A model generated the notes under the pieces. That model did not search any database, was not told where the DNA came from, and worked only from the letters and a program-made list of their open reading frames with translations. Both the position numbers and the translations under genes were made by a program. From assembly GCA_028534125.1 (NCBI GenBank), contig CM052817.1:67272001-67336000 (forward strand): a stretch of DNA of 64,000 bases, given 5' to 3'. Below, piece after piece: positions 12,369 to 25,600 of the stretch (positions are counted from its first letter, which is position 1; the number at the start of each line of letters is the position of its first letter). The DNA is from Lama glama (lineage: Eukaryota).

Positions 12369-15099
12369 TCTAGACTCACTACAGTGTATTAGCATAATGT
12401 CTAACATACAATAAAAAATTACTAGACATGCAATATATAAGAGTGTGACGAAAACTAAACAAAAAACACATTCAATAAAGAAAGAATCTGAGATAACACA
12501 GAGATTGGATTTGTCACTAAAACTTTTAAATTAGTTATTAGGATACGTACAGAAGCTTGTAGGAAAAGACCGTCATGATGAATTTCAGCAGATGGATGAA
12601 AACTATAAAAAAGAGCCAACTGAAAATTCTCGTGTCAAAAATACAATATATGAAGTGGCACATCCACTTGGTAGGCTTAACAGAAGATGGAAGCCTGAGG
12701 AAGACAGGGTTACTGAGTTTAAAGACAGATGAATAGAAATTCATCAATATAAAAAAAAGCTGGAAAACTAATTGAAAAAATTTTAAGAAAACTTCAGGGA
12801 CTCGGGGAACAAGATCAAGCAGTCTAACACATATGTAATCCAAATCCTAAACGGAGATGAGACAAAGAGCAGAAAATAACATCACAAAGACTGACAGGAC
12901 AAGAAAGATTTGCCAGGAACCTAACTGCCTGCCATAACAAAACTCAACACTTTTTACAATAACTATTCACTGTTTGTGAACTTCCCAAATCAGTGGGGGA
13001 GTGGGAGGGAGGAAAACATCAATCTGCAGATCCAAGAACCTCTGCAAAGCCTAAGCAAGGTAAATACCTGGTCAACCACACCTAAGAAAATTACATGATA
13101 GACGCTGAAGATGAAGAGGAAAATCGTAAAAGCCAGTCGTGGACAAAAGAGACATATTACAGAAAAGTTAAAAAAATACAAATAATAACAGGCTTTTTAC
13201 TAGATATAATAGAAACTGGAAGACAATGAAAGAAAAGAGTTTAACTACTGGAGTGAAAAATAATTTTGAGACCACATTTTATAGCCAGTAAATTTTTTTC
13301 CAAAAATAAGACCGAACTTTCACCTAAAAAGTGCTGAAAGCACTAGTCTCCAGGATAGCCACACTGTTAGAAACGGAAAGAAAAATATTCAGGTTAAAGG
13401 GAGGCCACACTAGATGAAACTTGGGTCTACAGGGAGAAATAAAAAACACGGGGAACTACACATATGTGGGGAATATAAAATACTGTCTTTTAATGTTTAA
13501 TTTCTTCCAAAGACAACTGAAATCTCATAACATTGCATTTTGATATTAGTGAACTATATATACATATGATGGTCAAATGATAAAGGATAAATGAAATCAT
13601 ACTGCATATCGTTATGTAGCATGTGGTGAAATACAATAAAACATTCCTACCACAAAGGATGCCATGATAAGTTAGAGTTTTAATTTCTAGGATAAATGTG
13701 AAATAATAATATAAAAATAAAAGACAATAGAGAAATTAAAAGAGAGTTCTAAAAATATTTTGTGAACCAAAAAAGAAGGCAAGAAGTGAGTGAGTAGGAA
13801 AAAAACCAGATAAACGACTAGAAAAGAAATAGTAAGAAGATAAACTTAACTCCAGACAGATGAACAATTATATTAAATACAAATGGATTCTATGCTACAA
13901 TTAAAAGGCAAAGAATGTCAGAATGAACTTTTTTTAAAAGACTCAACTATATGTATTTTTTACAAGAAATAAAGCTTAAATACAAATACACAGAGAGGTT
14001 GGAAGTAAAATGATAGAAACAGATATTCCACACAGTTAATAAGCATAAGAAAAATAGGGTCACTATATTAATACAATGTAAAATAGACCTAAGGACCAGA
14101 ATATTACTAGAGGTGATTAGAAAATTGCTCTTGAATGGTCAATCCATGAAGAAGACCATAATATTTCTAACTGTGTATGAACCTAATAACAGTGCTTTAA
14201 AAATGCATGAAGGAAAAACAATGTCAGGATTAAATGTAGAAATATACATAAATGTACAAATATAGTTGGAGTATTTAACACCACTGTCTTTGAAATTGAT
14301 GGAGCCAAGAAGTAACATCACTAAAAATGTTGAAGATTTGAACAATATTTTAAATAACTTGCCCTAACTGACGTTTTAAAACATTATAATCAGTAACTAC
14401 AGAATACACATATTTTTAAGTGCATATAGAATGTTATAAATGATAGACCATTTGCTGCCTCATAAAACAAGCAGCAGTAAATTTCAACATATTGAAAACT
14501 TACAGAATATGTCCTGTTTCCAAAATGAAATAAATTAGAAACAAGTAACAACAAGATACTTATAAAATTTCCAATACTTGAAAAATAAACCACATGCTAA
14601 TAAATAGCACAGATCAAGGAAGTAATCGGAAAAAAACACTTTCCCCCAACATCAAGAACAAAGCCAGAATCTTTGCTTTTGCCACTTCCAATTCAACATG
14701 GAGGTCCTAGCCAGGACAAAAAAAGCAAGAAAAGCAAATAAAAGACATAAGTATTGGAAGAGAAAAAATTAAACTCTCTTTATTCACATTAGCTTCGTAG
14801 GACATGCTAAGAAACATAGAAATACTGATAGAACTAATAAGTAAATTTTGCAAGGTTGGAAGTACAAGATCAATGTTTAAAAGTCAATTAATTGCATTTG
14901 GAAAGTTAAATTTTACATTTTGGTTTCTAATACAATGAAAAGATAGCTATGCAAGACGCCTACACGGAAAATGCTGTGAGACCTAAATTAATGAAAGATA
15001 TACCATTCTTATGAATTGAAAAAATTAATATTGTTAAGATAGCAATATTCTTCAAATTGATTTCTAGGTTGAGTGCAATTTCCTCCAAAATCCCTGAAG

Positions 15100-15102
<3 letters not shown>

Positions 15103-15142
<40 letters not shown>
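15103..15142. repeat. (TG)20 microsatellite
   Basis: Uninterrupted TG run. Confidence 0.97.
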
Positions 15143-15145
<3 letters not shown>

Positions 15146-16239
15146 GCTGTGTGTAAGTTATTTCTAAAATACATATGAAAATGCAAACATCCTAAAATAG
15201 GCAGGAAAATCTTGAAAAGAAAAACAAAGTTGGAGTATGCACACTATTTCAAGACTTATTATAAAGCTACCGTTATCAACCAACATGATACTGAAAAGCC
15301 ATTACATGACGTATTTAATAAAAGACATCTTGTTTGGTAAGAAAATTCTGTATATCATCACTATTGAAAAGAATCTATAAATTTTGATTAGCATTTCACT
15401 CAGTTTTCTCTCCTTACTGGGACACAGAGAACATGACTGACCATTTAATTGAATGAAATTAAATAGTATTGTAAGGAGACAAATAAATATAGAAAGAGAG
15501 GCAGAGGAATAGGGAGGGAGACAAAGCAGGGAGATATTTATCATAAGTTATAGACGTTGTCAATACTTGGTTTTGAAATTTTCGTGCTTAGTTTGTCTCT
15601 GAAATGTAACAAATGGAGAAATGGTTTTAGCTGGTTTGTGTTCAGTTCAGTTATTACAGCATTAAAACTGTTGTGCTGTGAATTGCTAACAATTATTTAT
15701 CAATGTCATTTTGCTAAACTGACTTAGCAATCGTAATACGTGAATCTACTTGACAGAGATTCAAGGCTTATATTCATACCAACTGGCTAGAAACCAAATA
15801 CTTTGTAGCCTCCATCACTGCCCATATTATTGTAGCACAAGTCACAAAGTATGCTTACTATTCTTCCGTAAAAAAACAATCCAAGTAACTCCTGCACGTA
15901 CTGCTAAACACATATATTGAAAGAATACTTGTTGATGTGTACTAAGGTAAGAAGGATAAAGATGTGTTAAATATACCTACAACAGAAAGGTATAAAACTA
16001 TTTTTCAAGAAATAGTTGTAGAAATCTTAAAAATATGCATACTTCAAACACTCTACAAATCAGTATTGTTTGTTATTAGCAAACATTTTTATTATATCTA
16101 CAAATAAAAGGGCAATAAGCAATATAGAATTCAACAACCCAGTGCATTTCTTCACTTTAATGAGTTCTGAATTAAACTATAGCAATTTTTATATTTCTTT
16201 GTGCTCCTTAAAATAGAAATATACCTTTATATATCTTTC

Positions 16240-19200
16240 TCTTTAATTAATGGAGTTTATTTTTTAGAGCAGTTTTAGGTTTACAGAAAAAAGTAAGCAG
16301 AAAGTACACAGATTCTGATATAAGCCCTCACTCACACAGTTTCCCTACTATTAACATCCTTCACTAGTGTAATACATTTCTTACTGTTTAATAAACCAAT
16401 ATTAATACATTATTATTAACTAAAGTCCATAGTTTCCATTTGGGTTCACTTTTTTGTGTTATATACTTGTATGAATATGAACAAATGCATAATCTCATGT
16501 ATCCACCATTACAGAGTAATTTCAGGGCCCTGAAAATCTGTGCTCCACTGATTTATCTCGCCCTTACCCTTCTACCCCAAATCCTGGCTACCACTAATCT
16601 TTTATTGACTCTCTATAGTTTTTCCTTTTCCAGAATATCATATACTTGGAACCATACAGTATGTAGCTTTTTCAGACTGGCTTCTTTCATTTAGCCATAT
16701 CCGTTTAAAGTTCCTCTATGTTTGTTATGGCTAGTGGCTTATTTCCTTTTATCACTGAATAATACCCCATTTTGTAGATGTCCTATACTTTGTCCACTCA
16801 CCTGCTGAAGGACAGATTGGTTGCTTCCAATTTTTAGGCAGTTGTGAATAAAGCTACTACCGATATTCATGTTCAGAATACTGTGTAGATCTAAATTTTC
16901 AACTCAGTTGGGTGAATACGAATGAGCATGATTACTGGATCATAGCAGAAGGCTATCTCTAGTTTTGCAAAAGATGCGGGTCTTCCAAATGGACTGCACC
17001 ATTTTGCATTCCTACCAGCAGGGAATGAGAGTTCCCTTTGTTTCACATTAGCCAGCATTTGGTGTTGTGTTTTGGATTTGAGCCATCCTAATAGGTGTGT
17101 AATCGCATCTCACTGATGTTTTGATTTACATTTCAGTGATGACCTATGACGTTGAGCATCTTTTCATATGCTTATTTACCATCTGTATATCTTCTTTGGT
17201 GAGGTGTCTGTTCAGAACTTTTGCTTACTTTTTAATGCACTTAACCGACTTCTTAGTGTTGCGTTCTAAGAGTTCTTTGTATATTTTGTATAAGTGTACT
17301 TTATTGGACGTGTGTTTTTCAGTTATATACTTCAGATCTCTGGCTTGTCCCTATTCAATTAACAGTGTCTTTCACACTTTCACAGAGTCAAAGTTTTTAA
17401 TTTTAATGAAGTCTAACTTACTAATTTCTTCTTTCATGGATCATGCATTTGATATTGTATCAAAAAACTCATTGCCAAACCTGTCACCTAGATTTTCTCC
17501 TATGTTATCTTCTATAGTTTTATAGTTTTTCATTTTTCACTTAAGTCTATGATTCGTTTTGAGTTAGTTTTTATAAAAGGTATAAGTTCAGTGTTCAGAT
17601 TCATTTTTTTGCATGTTTGTGTCCAGTTGTCTCAGCATCTTTCCTTGAAAAGATTATCCTTTCTCTATGGAATTACCTTCGTCAAAGATCAGTTGACTAT
17701 AATTGTGTGAGTCTATTTCTGGGCTCTATTCTGCTCCACTGATCTATTTTCCTAGTCTTTCACCAATATCACACTGTCTTGACTGCTATAACTTTATATA
17801 AGTCTTGAAGTCCAGTTTTAAAGTCTTATTGCTTCTCTTTGATACTGTGTTGGCCATGCTGAGTTTTTTGCCTTTCCATATAAACTTTAGAATCCATATG
17901 TCAATGTCCACAAAGTAACTTGCTGGGGTTTTGATTGGAATTGCATTCAATCTATAGATCAAGTTGGGGAGAATTTATATCTTAACACTACTGAGTATTC
18001 TTATCTATGAACATAGACTGTCTCTCCATTTATTAAGAATTTCCCTGAGCTCCTTCATTAGAGTTCTGTAGTTTTCCTCCTATAGATCTTGTACATATTT
18101 GCTTAGATTTACACTAAAATATTTCTTTTCACGCTAACGTAAATGGTGTTGTGTTTTTAATTACAAGTCCAATTGTTTATTTCTGATACTTAGGAAAGCA
18201 ATTAATTTTATACACTAACCTTGTATCCTGCAATCTTGCTATAATCTTTTATTAGTTTCAGGAGTCTTTTTTATCAGTTCTTCTAGGTTTTCTACATAGG
18301 CAATTATGTCATCTGTGAACAGATTGTTTTATTTCTTCTTTCCAATCTGTGTATCTTTTATTCCCCTTCCGTATTTTATTGCATTAGGTGGAACTCCCAG
18401 TACAAAGTTGAAAAGGAGCGGTGAGAGGTCACACCCTTGTCTTACACCTGATCTTAGAGGAAAGCCTCAAATATCTTGCCATCAAGTATAAGGTTAGATG
18501 TAGGGTTTTTGTAAATATTCTTTACAAAAAGAAAAGTTGAGAAAGTTCCCATCTATTCCTAGTTTACTGAGAGATTTTATCATGAATGAATGTTAAATTC
18601 TGTCAAATGCTTTTTCTGCATATATTGATACAATCATGTGGTTTTTTTTTTTTTAAAGCCCATTGATGTGATTACACTGATTTTCCAATGTTGAACCAGC
18701 CTTGTATACCTGGGATAAATCCCACTTGGTCATGGTGTATCTTTTTTATGCATTGTTGAATTTGATTTGCCAATATTTTGTTGAGGATTTTTGCATCTGT
18801 GTTCATGAGAGATACTGATCTGTAGTTTTTCTTTTCTCATAATGTCTGTGCCTGGTTTTGGCATTAGGGCAATGCTGGCCCTCATAATTTAGGAAGTATT
18901 CCCTTTGCTTCTATGCTCTAAAAGAGATTGTAAAGTATACTTCTTCTTTAACAGTTGTAGACCCATCTGGGCTTGATGCTATTAATTACTAACTCAAACT
19001 CTCTAATATACATAGGTCTCTTTCTTCTTGTGTAAGTTTCCACAGTTTGTTTCTTAATTTTGGGAAATTCTCAGACATTATTGCTCCAAATTCTTCTGTA
19101 CCTTTCTTTCTTCTCCTTTTGGCATTTCCAATATGCATGTGTTAAACCTCTTGTAACTATTTCACAGTTTGGGGGTATTCTGTTCCACTTTTTTTCTGTT

Positions 19201-19434
19201 TCTTTTTGTTATTTGCTTCTCAACTTGAGAAGTTTCTATTGACATATATTCAAGCTCACTAATTCTCTGTATCTGTCTGTTTCTCCAGTTCCATGGGCAG
19301 CAGTTTGCCTTGTGATCTCAGTTCTCTGATGGCTGTAAGGAGAGTTGTTGATTTTCAGTTTGCTCACCTTTTTTCTTATGAGAATGGAGTGACTACTTCC
19401 AAACTTTTTACATGTCAGACCAGAAACCGTAAGT
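16240..19434 (-). mobile_element. Old L1 (L1MC/MD-like): 3' UTR and 3' ORF2 joined to a 5'-region remnant
   Basis: Starts tttttagagcagttttaggtttacagaaaa. Antisense ORF2 motifs run to ~19030 (tttgttgaggatttttgcatct). 5'-type sequence follows at 19050-19434. Confidence 0.88.
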
Positions 19435-19444
19435 CTCCACATAT

Positions 19445-20589
19445 TATTTACATTTTTTCAGCTTTACTGAGGTACAGTTGACAAAAATAATTTTAAGATA
19501 CATAAAGTGTACAACGTGATAATTTGATATACATATATATTGTGAACAGATTCCCCCCTCCAATGGAGGAATGGAATTAATTAACATATCCATCACCTCA
19601 TATATTTACCTTTTTTGTTTGTTTGTTTTTTGGTGAGAACACTGAAGTTCTACTCTTTTAGAAAATTTCAGCTATAAAGTACAGTATATCACCTATAGTC
19701 ACCATGTTATACATTAGGGTCTCAGATATATTCATCTTATAACTGAAAGTCTATACACTTTTACCAACCTCTCTGTATTTCTGCCACCCCCAGCCTCTGG
19801 CAACCATTATTCTGTTCTCTGTTTCTATGAGTCTGACTTTTCTTTTTTTTTTTTGGATTCCACATGTAAGTGATATTATGCAGTATGTGGTATTTATCTT
19901 TTTCTGTCTGGCTTATTTCTCTTAGCCAATGCCCTCCAGTTTTATCCATGTTGTCACAAATAGCAGAATTTTCTTCATTTTTAAGGTGAATAATATTCCA
20001 TCATGCATATAGATCACATTTTCTTTATCCATTCATCCATTGATGGACACTTAGGTCATTTCCATACCTTAGCTACTATGAATAATGCTGCTATGAATAT
20101 GGGAGTACTGATAATTCCTTGAGGTAATGACTTTGTTTCCTTTGGATAAAGAGCAAGAAGTGGCATTGTTGGGTCATGTAGTAGTTCTATTTTTAATTTC
20201 TTGAGAACCTTCATGTTATTTTCTATAGTGACTCTACCAGTTCACATTCTCACCAGCACTGTATACCAGCAATGTTCCCTTTGCTCTACATTCTCACTAG
20301 CATTTGTTATCTCTTGTCTTTTTGATAACAGCCACTCTAACAAAAGTCAGTATCTCCTTATGGTTTTGATTTGCATCTTCCTGAAGATAATGTTGAGTAT
20401 GTTTTCATGAACCTGTTGGTCATCTGTATGCCTTCTTTGGGAAATGACTGTTCAGATCCTTTGCCCATTTTTAAAATAGATTGTTTATTATTATGCTATT
20501 GAGTTGTATGAATTCTTTGTACATTTTTGATATTAACACTTTTTTGGATATGTGGTTTGCAAATATCTTCTCCCATCCCTTAAGTTAGC
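19445..20589 (-). mobile_element. 5'-truncated L1MA-like element
   Basis: cagctttactgaggtacagttgaca..aagtgtacaacgtgat..ttctttatccattcatccattgatggacacttagg. Flanking repeat ctccacatat at 19435-19444 and 20590-20599. Confidence 0.9.
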
Positions 20590-21177
20590 CTCCACATATC
20601 TTTATTGATGTACTTCTGATATTTAAAATTTTGCTAACCAGCTAGTTTGTATTATATTTATAATATAATACATATATAATATAATATATTATATTATAGT
20701 TTGTATATATATTTACAGAAGTGATTTGTTAATTATTGGAGTCATTTGAGGGCTTGAAGATGGGTAATTTTACGAGGCAGCAAGAGAAACAACACAAGAA
20801 CTCTGAGAAATCAGAAATTATGAAAGAAATACATAAAGAAGCAAGTGGAGATCCACAATCAGGAGCCAATACTGAGAGATTTGAAGGAATAAATTAAGCC
20901 AAAGGTGTAAGTTAAAAGAATAATTCACTAGTCATGAAACAGAGCATCTGTGCTTGTGGTGTTCTGCATATTCCTTCCAAGTGGAATATTTGGGGAATAT
21001 TAATTCAGGGGAAAAAATTAGTAGAGCCTATAGTTTTCCCTACAATTTGTCTCTTTTTGTTGTTGTTCTTCGTCAAAGTTGATCCAATGTTTCTAGAGAC
21101 ATAAATTCCTAACTGAAAAAAATTTCTAAGTCAGAAATGACCTTGATAATCCTCCTAAATAATCATCTTCATTGGAT

Positions 21178-21860
21178 GTGTTATAATGCTTAAGAGCTTA
21201 GGCTCTGGATTCAAGCTGATCTGGACCTGAAACTCAGTTCTCGCACCACATTAGTTAGGGTACCAATTGCTGAAAGAGTGAGAAGTAGGGAGGACCCTAA
21301 ACACAAAGTTGGCTTCCTTCTCCTTCATGTAAAGGTCTGGCTGAGCTGGCCTGGCCTGGCTTTGTGCTTTGACACTGTTGAGCTCTCGGGCTGCTTGCAT
21401 TATGTTGCTTTGTCACACTCCACACGTGGCTTTCAGACATGAGGCCGAGTGAGGTACAGTCCCTTTAAAGGTAAGACCCAGAAGCTGCCAACAACACGCT
21501 TTAGTTCCAACCTATTGACCAAAATGTAGTATCATGGTTATCTACGACTAACTGCAAGAGAGGATGGGAAATGGGGTCCCTAGTTGAGGTTTAAGCCATG
21601 TGCCTAATCTAAACTCAGGGGTTTTTTCACTGAAAGTGAAAGAGAAGAATAGATATTGGGGGGACGACCAGCAGTCCACTACACCTTACTTATTTGTTGT
21701 GTGACCATGGCTGAGGCATTTATCCTCTCCAACTCACTTTCCTCATCTGTAGAGTAGGAATGTTAATCAAACTTGCACCACAGTGTTTTACTGCACACTG
21801 ACTAGGTGTCAGCCAGTGAGTTACTAATGGATGGTAGGTGCCATTGCACGTTGGTTATCA
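21178..21860 (+). mobile_element. MIR SINE split by a MaLR LTR
   Basis: 5' part ttaagagcttaggctctgga at 21190-21250. The core resumes tgtgtgacc..tttcctcatctgtaga at 21697-21755. Confidence 0.75.
21250..21682 (-). mobile_element. MLT1-family (MLT1I/J-like) MaLR LTR
   Basis: attagttagggt..attgctg start; ctattgaccaaaatgtagtatcatgg; aactgcaagagaggatgggaaatg; agatattggggggac..ctaca end. Confidence 0.75.
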
Positions 21861-22463
21861 GTATTCATGTGTATTCTTCATCTGAAGAACAGTTAACAGG
21901 AGCCTCAGTGGATATTTCCCTTTGTTCTGTACTAATAACACAAGGTCAGGTGTTTTCGCAGGAAGATTTTTGGGATTTTTGCATTTAGGGTTTTCCCATA
22001 GAGTACACCAATTGCATCTCTGTAGATTTAAAAAGGGAACCTTTAGCCAAGAATTGTGGTTATTGACCAATCATCTAAATTAATATTACGATTTCTGCTG
22101 GTTCTTACTAGCTAAAGCTATACCTTTGTGAACCTAAAATACTTTCACTCACACTTTAAAAAATGAATCTATATGCTCTTCATTTTTGCCTATAATTTCA
22201 GGATAATAGCACTTAGATTCAGCCTCTCTCAGATTCTGACATGTTCCCACAAAAGTATTTGTGTAGAACCACCGAATAATCCTTATGCCAAGAATTTACA
22301 TAAATTTACCTCAATATTAAAAAAAATTTAGCATATGACTAAACTATATGGAAGCTCAATCTATTATGATATTTATATATTTAAAATTTTTCAATTTAAC
22401 ATTGGGATCAGTCAAATCACAATTTCCAGCAAGCATATTTAGCCCATAGAAGCAAGTTTTCTC

Positions 22464-22497
22464 TCCTTCCTTCCTTCCTCCCTTCCTTCCTTCCTCC

Positions 22498-22556
<59 letters not shown>

Positions 22557-22560
22557 TCCC
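22464..22560. repeat. Compound (CCTT)n-(CTTT)n microsatellite
   Basis: Direct reading; about 15 CTTT units from 22498. Confidence 0.97.
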
Positions 22561-23599
22561 TCACTGGAATCATATGTAATTACCATTCATTAAATGTAAA
22601 ATTAAATAATTTTTTTATTACATTTGACATTTGGGTGGGGCACTGAAAATGTGCCAGATATTTCAAATCTAGCTTTTGCTTGAGCAATGACTGTTGAAAT
22701 TATCCCACTACAAGCCTCAAACCACAACAATGTCATGTCTTCAATGGCAATGATTACTCATAAAGAATATTCCCTGCACTCTGACAGAATCATTATTCCA
22801 ACTTCAACAACAATAATGGTCCATATTAGATTACATCACTCTACAGAACATAAACCATCTTTGTACATTGTCTCAGGCAGTTGAGGTTACATTGGATGCA
22901 CTACATTGTGAAAAGTAAATCTATTAAATAAACCACAATTGATGCACACTTGAATTTGTATATATAATTTCCAACTTAATTCAGGAGGCTATTTTTTCTG
23001 TAAAGACCCATCCTTTCATCTCTGTTCCCCATCCATTTTCTAGATATTCCAAAATATAAATTTCAAATAAAACCCAGCACAGCAAATTATTTTACTTTCT
23101 AAATCTAGGCCTCAAATTTAGAAAACTATTGCATCAAGTGAGAAAAATAAAGGTAAAAAGATTGTAAATTCTAGGTTATAAACAAGCAAATGTATAACTG
23201 GGGCAAATCGAGCACCTTCTTTATGTTAATTTGCTGCAAGACACCATATCTAGTGCAGTGCCATTTTGCTTACAGTTGGAAAACTCTGTACCTGATGTTG
23301 ACCTTTTACAGAAACCAAGGACAATCTTTTTCACAGATTAAAAGACCATAAAAGTGCTAGTCCTGCCATTGCCAGAAGCACTAACTGAACCTCTGTAGAG
23401 AATTATTTGCCAAAAGGAAAAAAAAAAAGATCCAGACAAGTTTCTATAATATGCACCATCCTTAACAAGGGAGCTAGAAAAGAAAACATATCAAATCAGC
23501 CATTAGGTTGGATGAGTTAACAAGAGTGGCTTGATGCCTTCTGAGCCAGGCGATGCTGTGTTATGTTTTTGCCTTAAAAAAAAAAAAAATCCCTTATGT

Positions 23600-23880
23600 G
23601 TAGTCAGCAGGACTCTGGCCTTTTAACTTTTAACATGCTTCTACAGTTAAGCTGCTCTGCTCTCCACTCAAATAGCTGTCCACGGCTGCTGCAAATTGAT
23701 TTAGCCCCAGATAATGGCTGCGGTTGATGACCAAAATGTCACCGTAAAACTCTTAAGCAATTTAAGGTGTGTTTGGCCTAATAGAACCTGATTTGAACCC
23801 TATTTTTCATATTGGCATTTGCACAAATTCTTAGAGGAATGTTCAAGTTGTATTTAATATTCAACTTATTTTTCCACCTC
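23600..23880. promoter_or_regulatory. Candidate conserved non-coding element
   Basis: Unique complex sequence (tgcaaattgatttagcc, gataatggc, aaatgtcacc, attggcatttgcac) between an A-tract and a T-tract. Confidence 0.4.
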
Positions 23881-23892
23881 GGAGTGGTTGAC

Positions 23893-23913
23893 TTTTTTTT
23901 TTTTTTTTTTTTT
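23893..23913. repeat. Poly-T tract (21 nt)
   Basis: Direct reading. Confidence 0.9.
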
Positions 23914-25239
23914 GGTAGCAAAGCTTATGACATAGCCCTCAAAGTATTGTAGAAGCCACAGGAAAAATATGGTATTGGAGCTAAAAACATCCAGGGGATA
24001 GACAAAGTCAGAGCTAGATTTTGTGCAGAGACCACTAATTCAAATCACATTTGGGATTCAGCAAGCATTACATAGGTCCTCACTGCACCACTAAAATAGG
24101 TTAAATTAATCACAATGAATCTGGACTAAAGGAAAAACCAAACAAAAACATTATCCTTTAAATAACCTTTAAACATTATAAGGAGATATATGGTGGTGGT
24201 AATCTGTGAATAAAATATTATATTTTTGAAAGTATGACATATATATTGCTATTTTCCTTATTCACAAAGTGGAACACTTTCAGTTTGGGTTAACCTCAGT
24301 GTGGGTCTTTAAGGAATCTTTACTAAAGTGATTTTTCTTAAATACACAATTACATGCAGAGTGAAATTAAATTGGTTAAATGTTTATCACCCAGATCATT
24401 TCAAATCTCAAGGAACTTGCTTACAAACTATTCACATATGACTGCTTTGAGCCCAATGAGGGCTTTCTCTAAGTAAGATGTAATATGTAATTAAGGATAT
24501 TAATCCAACTTGGTAAGAGAGAAATTCAATATAGACTTCAAAATCTCTGTGTGAGAATCTCTGAAAACATATTTTAGCACAATTTCCTGCTTCTGTTTTT
24601 AAGCAATAATTTATAGGCTACCACAAAGAATTTATCTATTAGTGATATCCAAAATATCAGACAAAGTTATAATATTATAACACTTGAGTCACAAGATCAT
24701 GAAACAATACTTAGTGTAAAATGCATTAAAGAAAAGGTAGGTCTGATCCCTATGCATAAGTAAACACTTGTATTTCCTTAATGGCTTCTGAATGCCCTTA
24801 AAATATTAGTGGCTGACCCAGTTTTATACATACATTGAATATAACCACTTTTAGTGTTGAATTAATTCTATCAGAAAGATTGCTTTCGTCCAGAACCTTC
24901 TCTTTTTTCATATGTGCATGTTTATAATTCTTCAAAAAATGAGAACAAGGGTAACATCAAAACATTCTACTGTTTAAAAATTGTAGCAATTCTCTAAAAG
25001 CACTGAATTAATTATTTTAGCACTACTTAATGTAGACTATTCCTAAATAGAGAGAATGTCTTAAATATAAGATAAATGGCTTGCCAGCTGACAAGATCTA
25101 TAGAAATTCCTAATCCCCATAATAGTAAAAAAATAATTCTCAGGTTTCAGTCATTTCAGTAAATAAAAAATGTAAAAGGCAGGTATAAATGAAAGAAATA
25201 TCTGCAATGATAGATGTAAAGTGGAGAGAAAATTAGGTC

Positions 25240-25600
25240 ACTCAGTGGAGACATGTATAATAAATTATTTGATGTCATCTGTAAAAGAATGTTTGGTGTT
25301 TACTGAAAACTGGTTTTTAAATGGAAAGTTCATATGCAAAGCATTAGTTTTAATCTGCGAAAAATAAGTGATTCTGCCAAAATTAACACATTCACATAAG
25401 GAGCAGATTATAATTTATTCCATCTGTTCATGGCAATATTAACAAATATCCTGTGCATTGCATTACAAGCTGTATATCACAATGAAGAAAGGAATGGAGA
25501 GGTTTCAATTATGAAATTAATGGTAATCTCCGAGAATCAAGCACATTTTAAAACACTGACAGCTGGTCATGAGAAACTCATACATTTGATGGAAAAAAGG
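25240..25600. promoter_or_regulatory. Candidate conserved non-coding element
   Basis: tgatgtca, catatgcaaa, ttaatctg, attatgaaattaatggtaatct, ctgacagct; not repeat-like. Confidence 0.45.

Larger units (their letters stand above)
11460..15300 (+). mobile_element. Old L1 (L1MC/MD-like): 5' region, ORF1 remnant and internally deleted ORF2
   Basis: A-rich plus strand. Endonuclease remnants at ~13860-14500 (aatacaaatgga..caattaaaaggcaaaga; tgtgtatgaacctaataacag). RT remnant at ~14640-14720 (ccacttccaattcaacatggaggtcctagcca). Later ORF2 sequence to ~15300. Confidence 0.85.

Noticed and set aside
17121..17525. 134-aa ORF
   Set aside because: Antisense reading of decayed L1 ORF2.
22356..22586. K/E/R-rich ORF
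   Set aside because: Translation of the (CTTT)n microsatellite.
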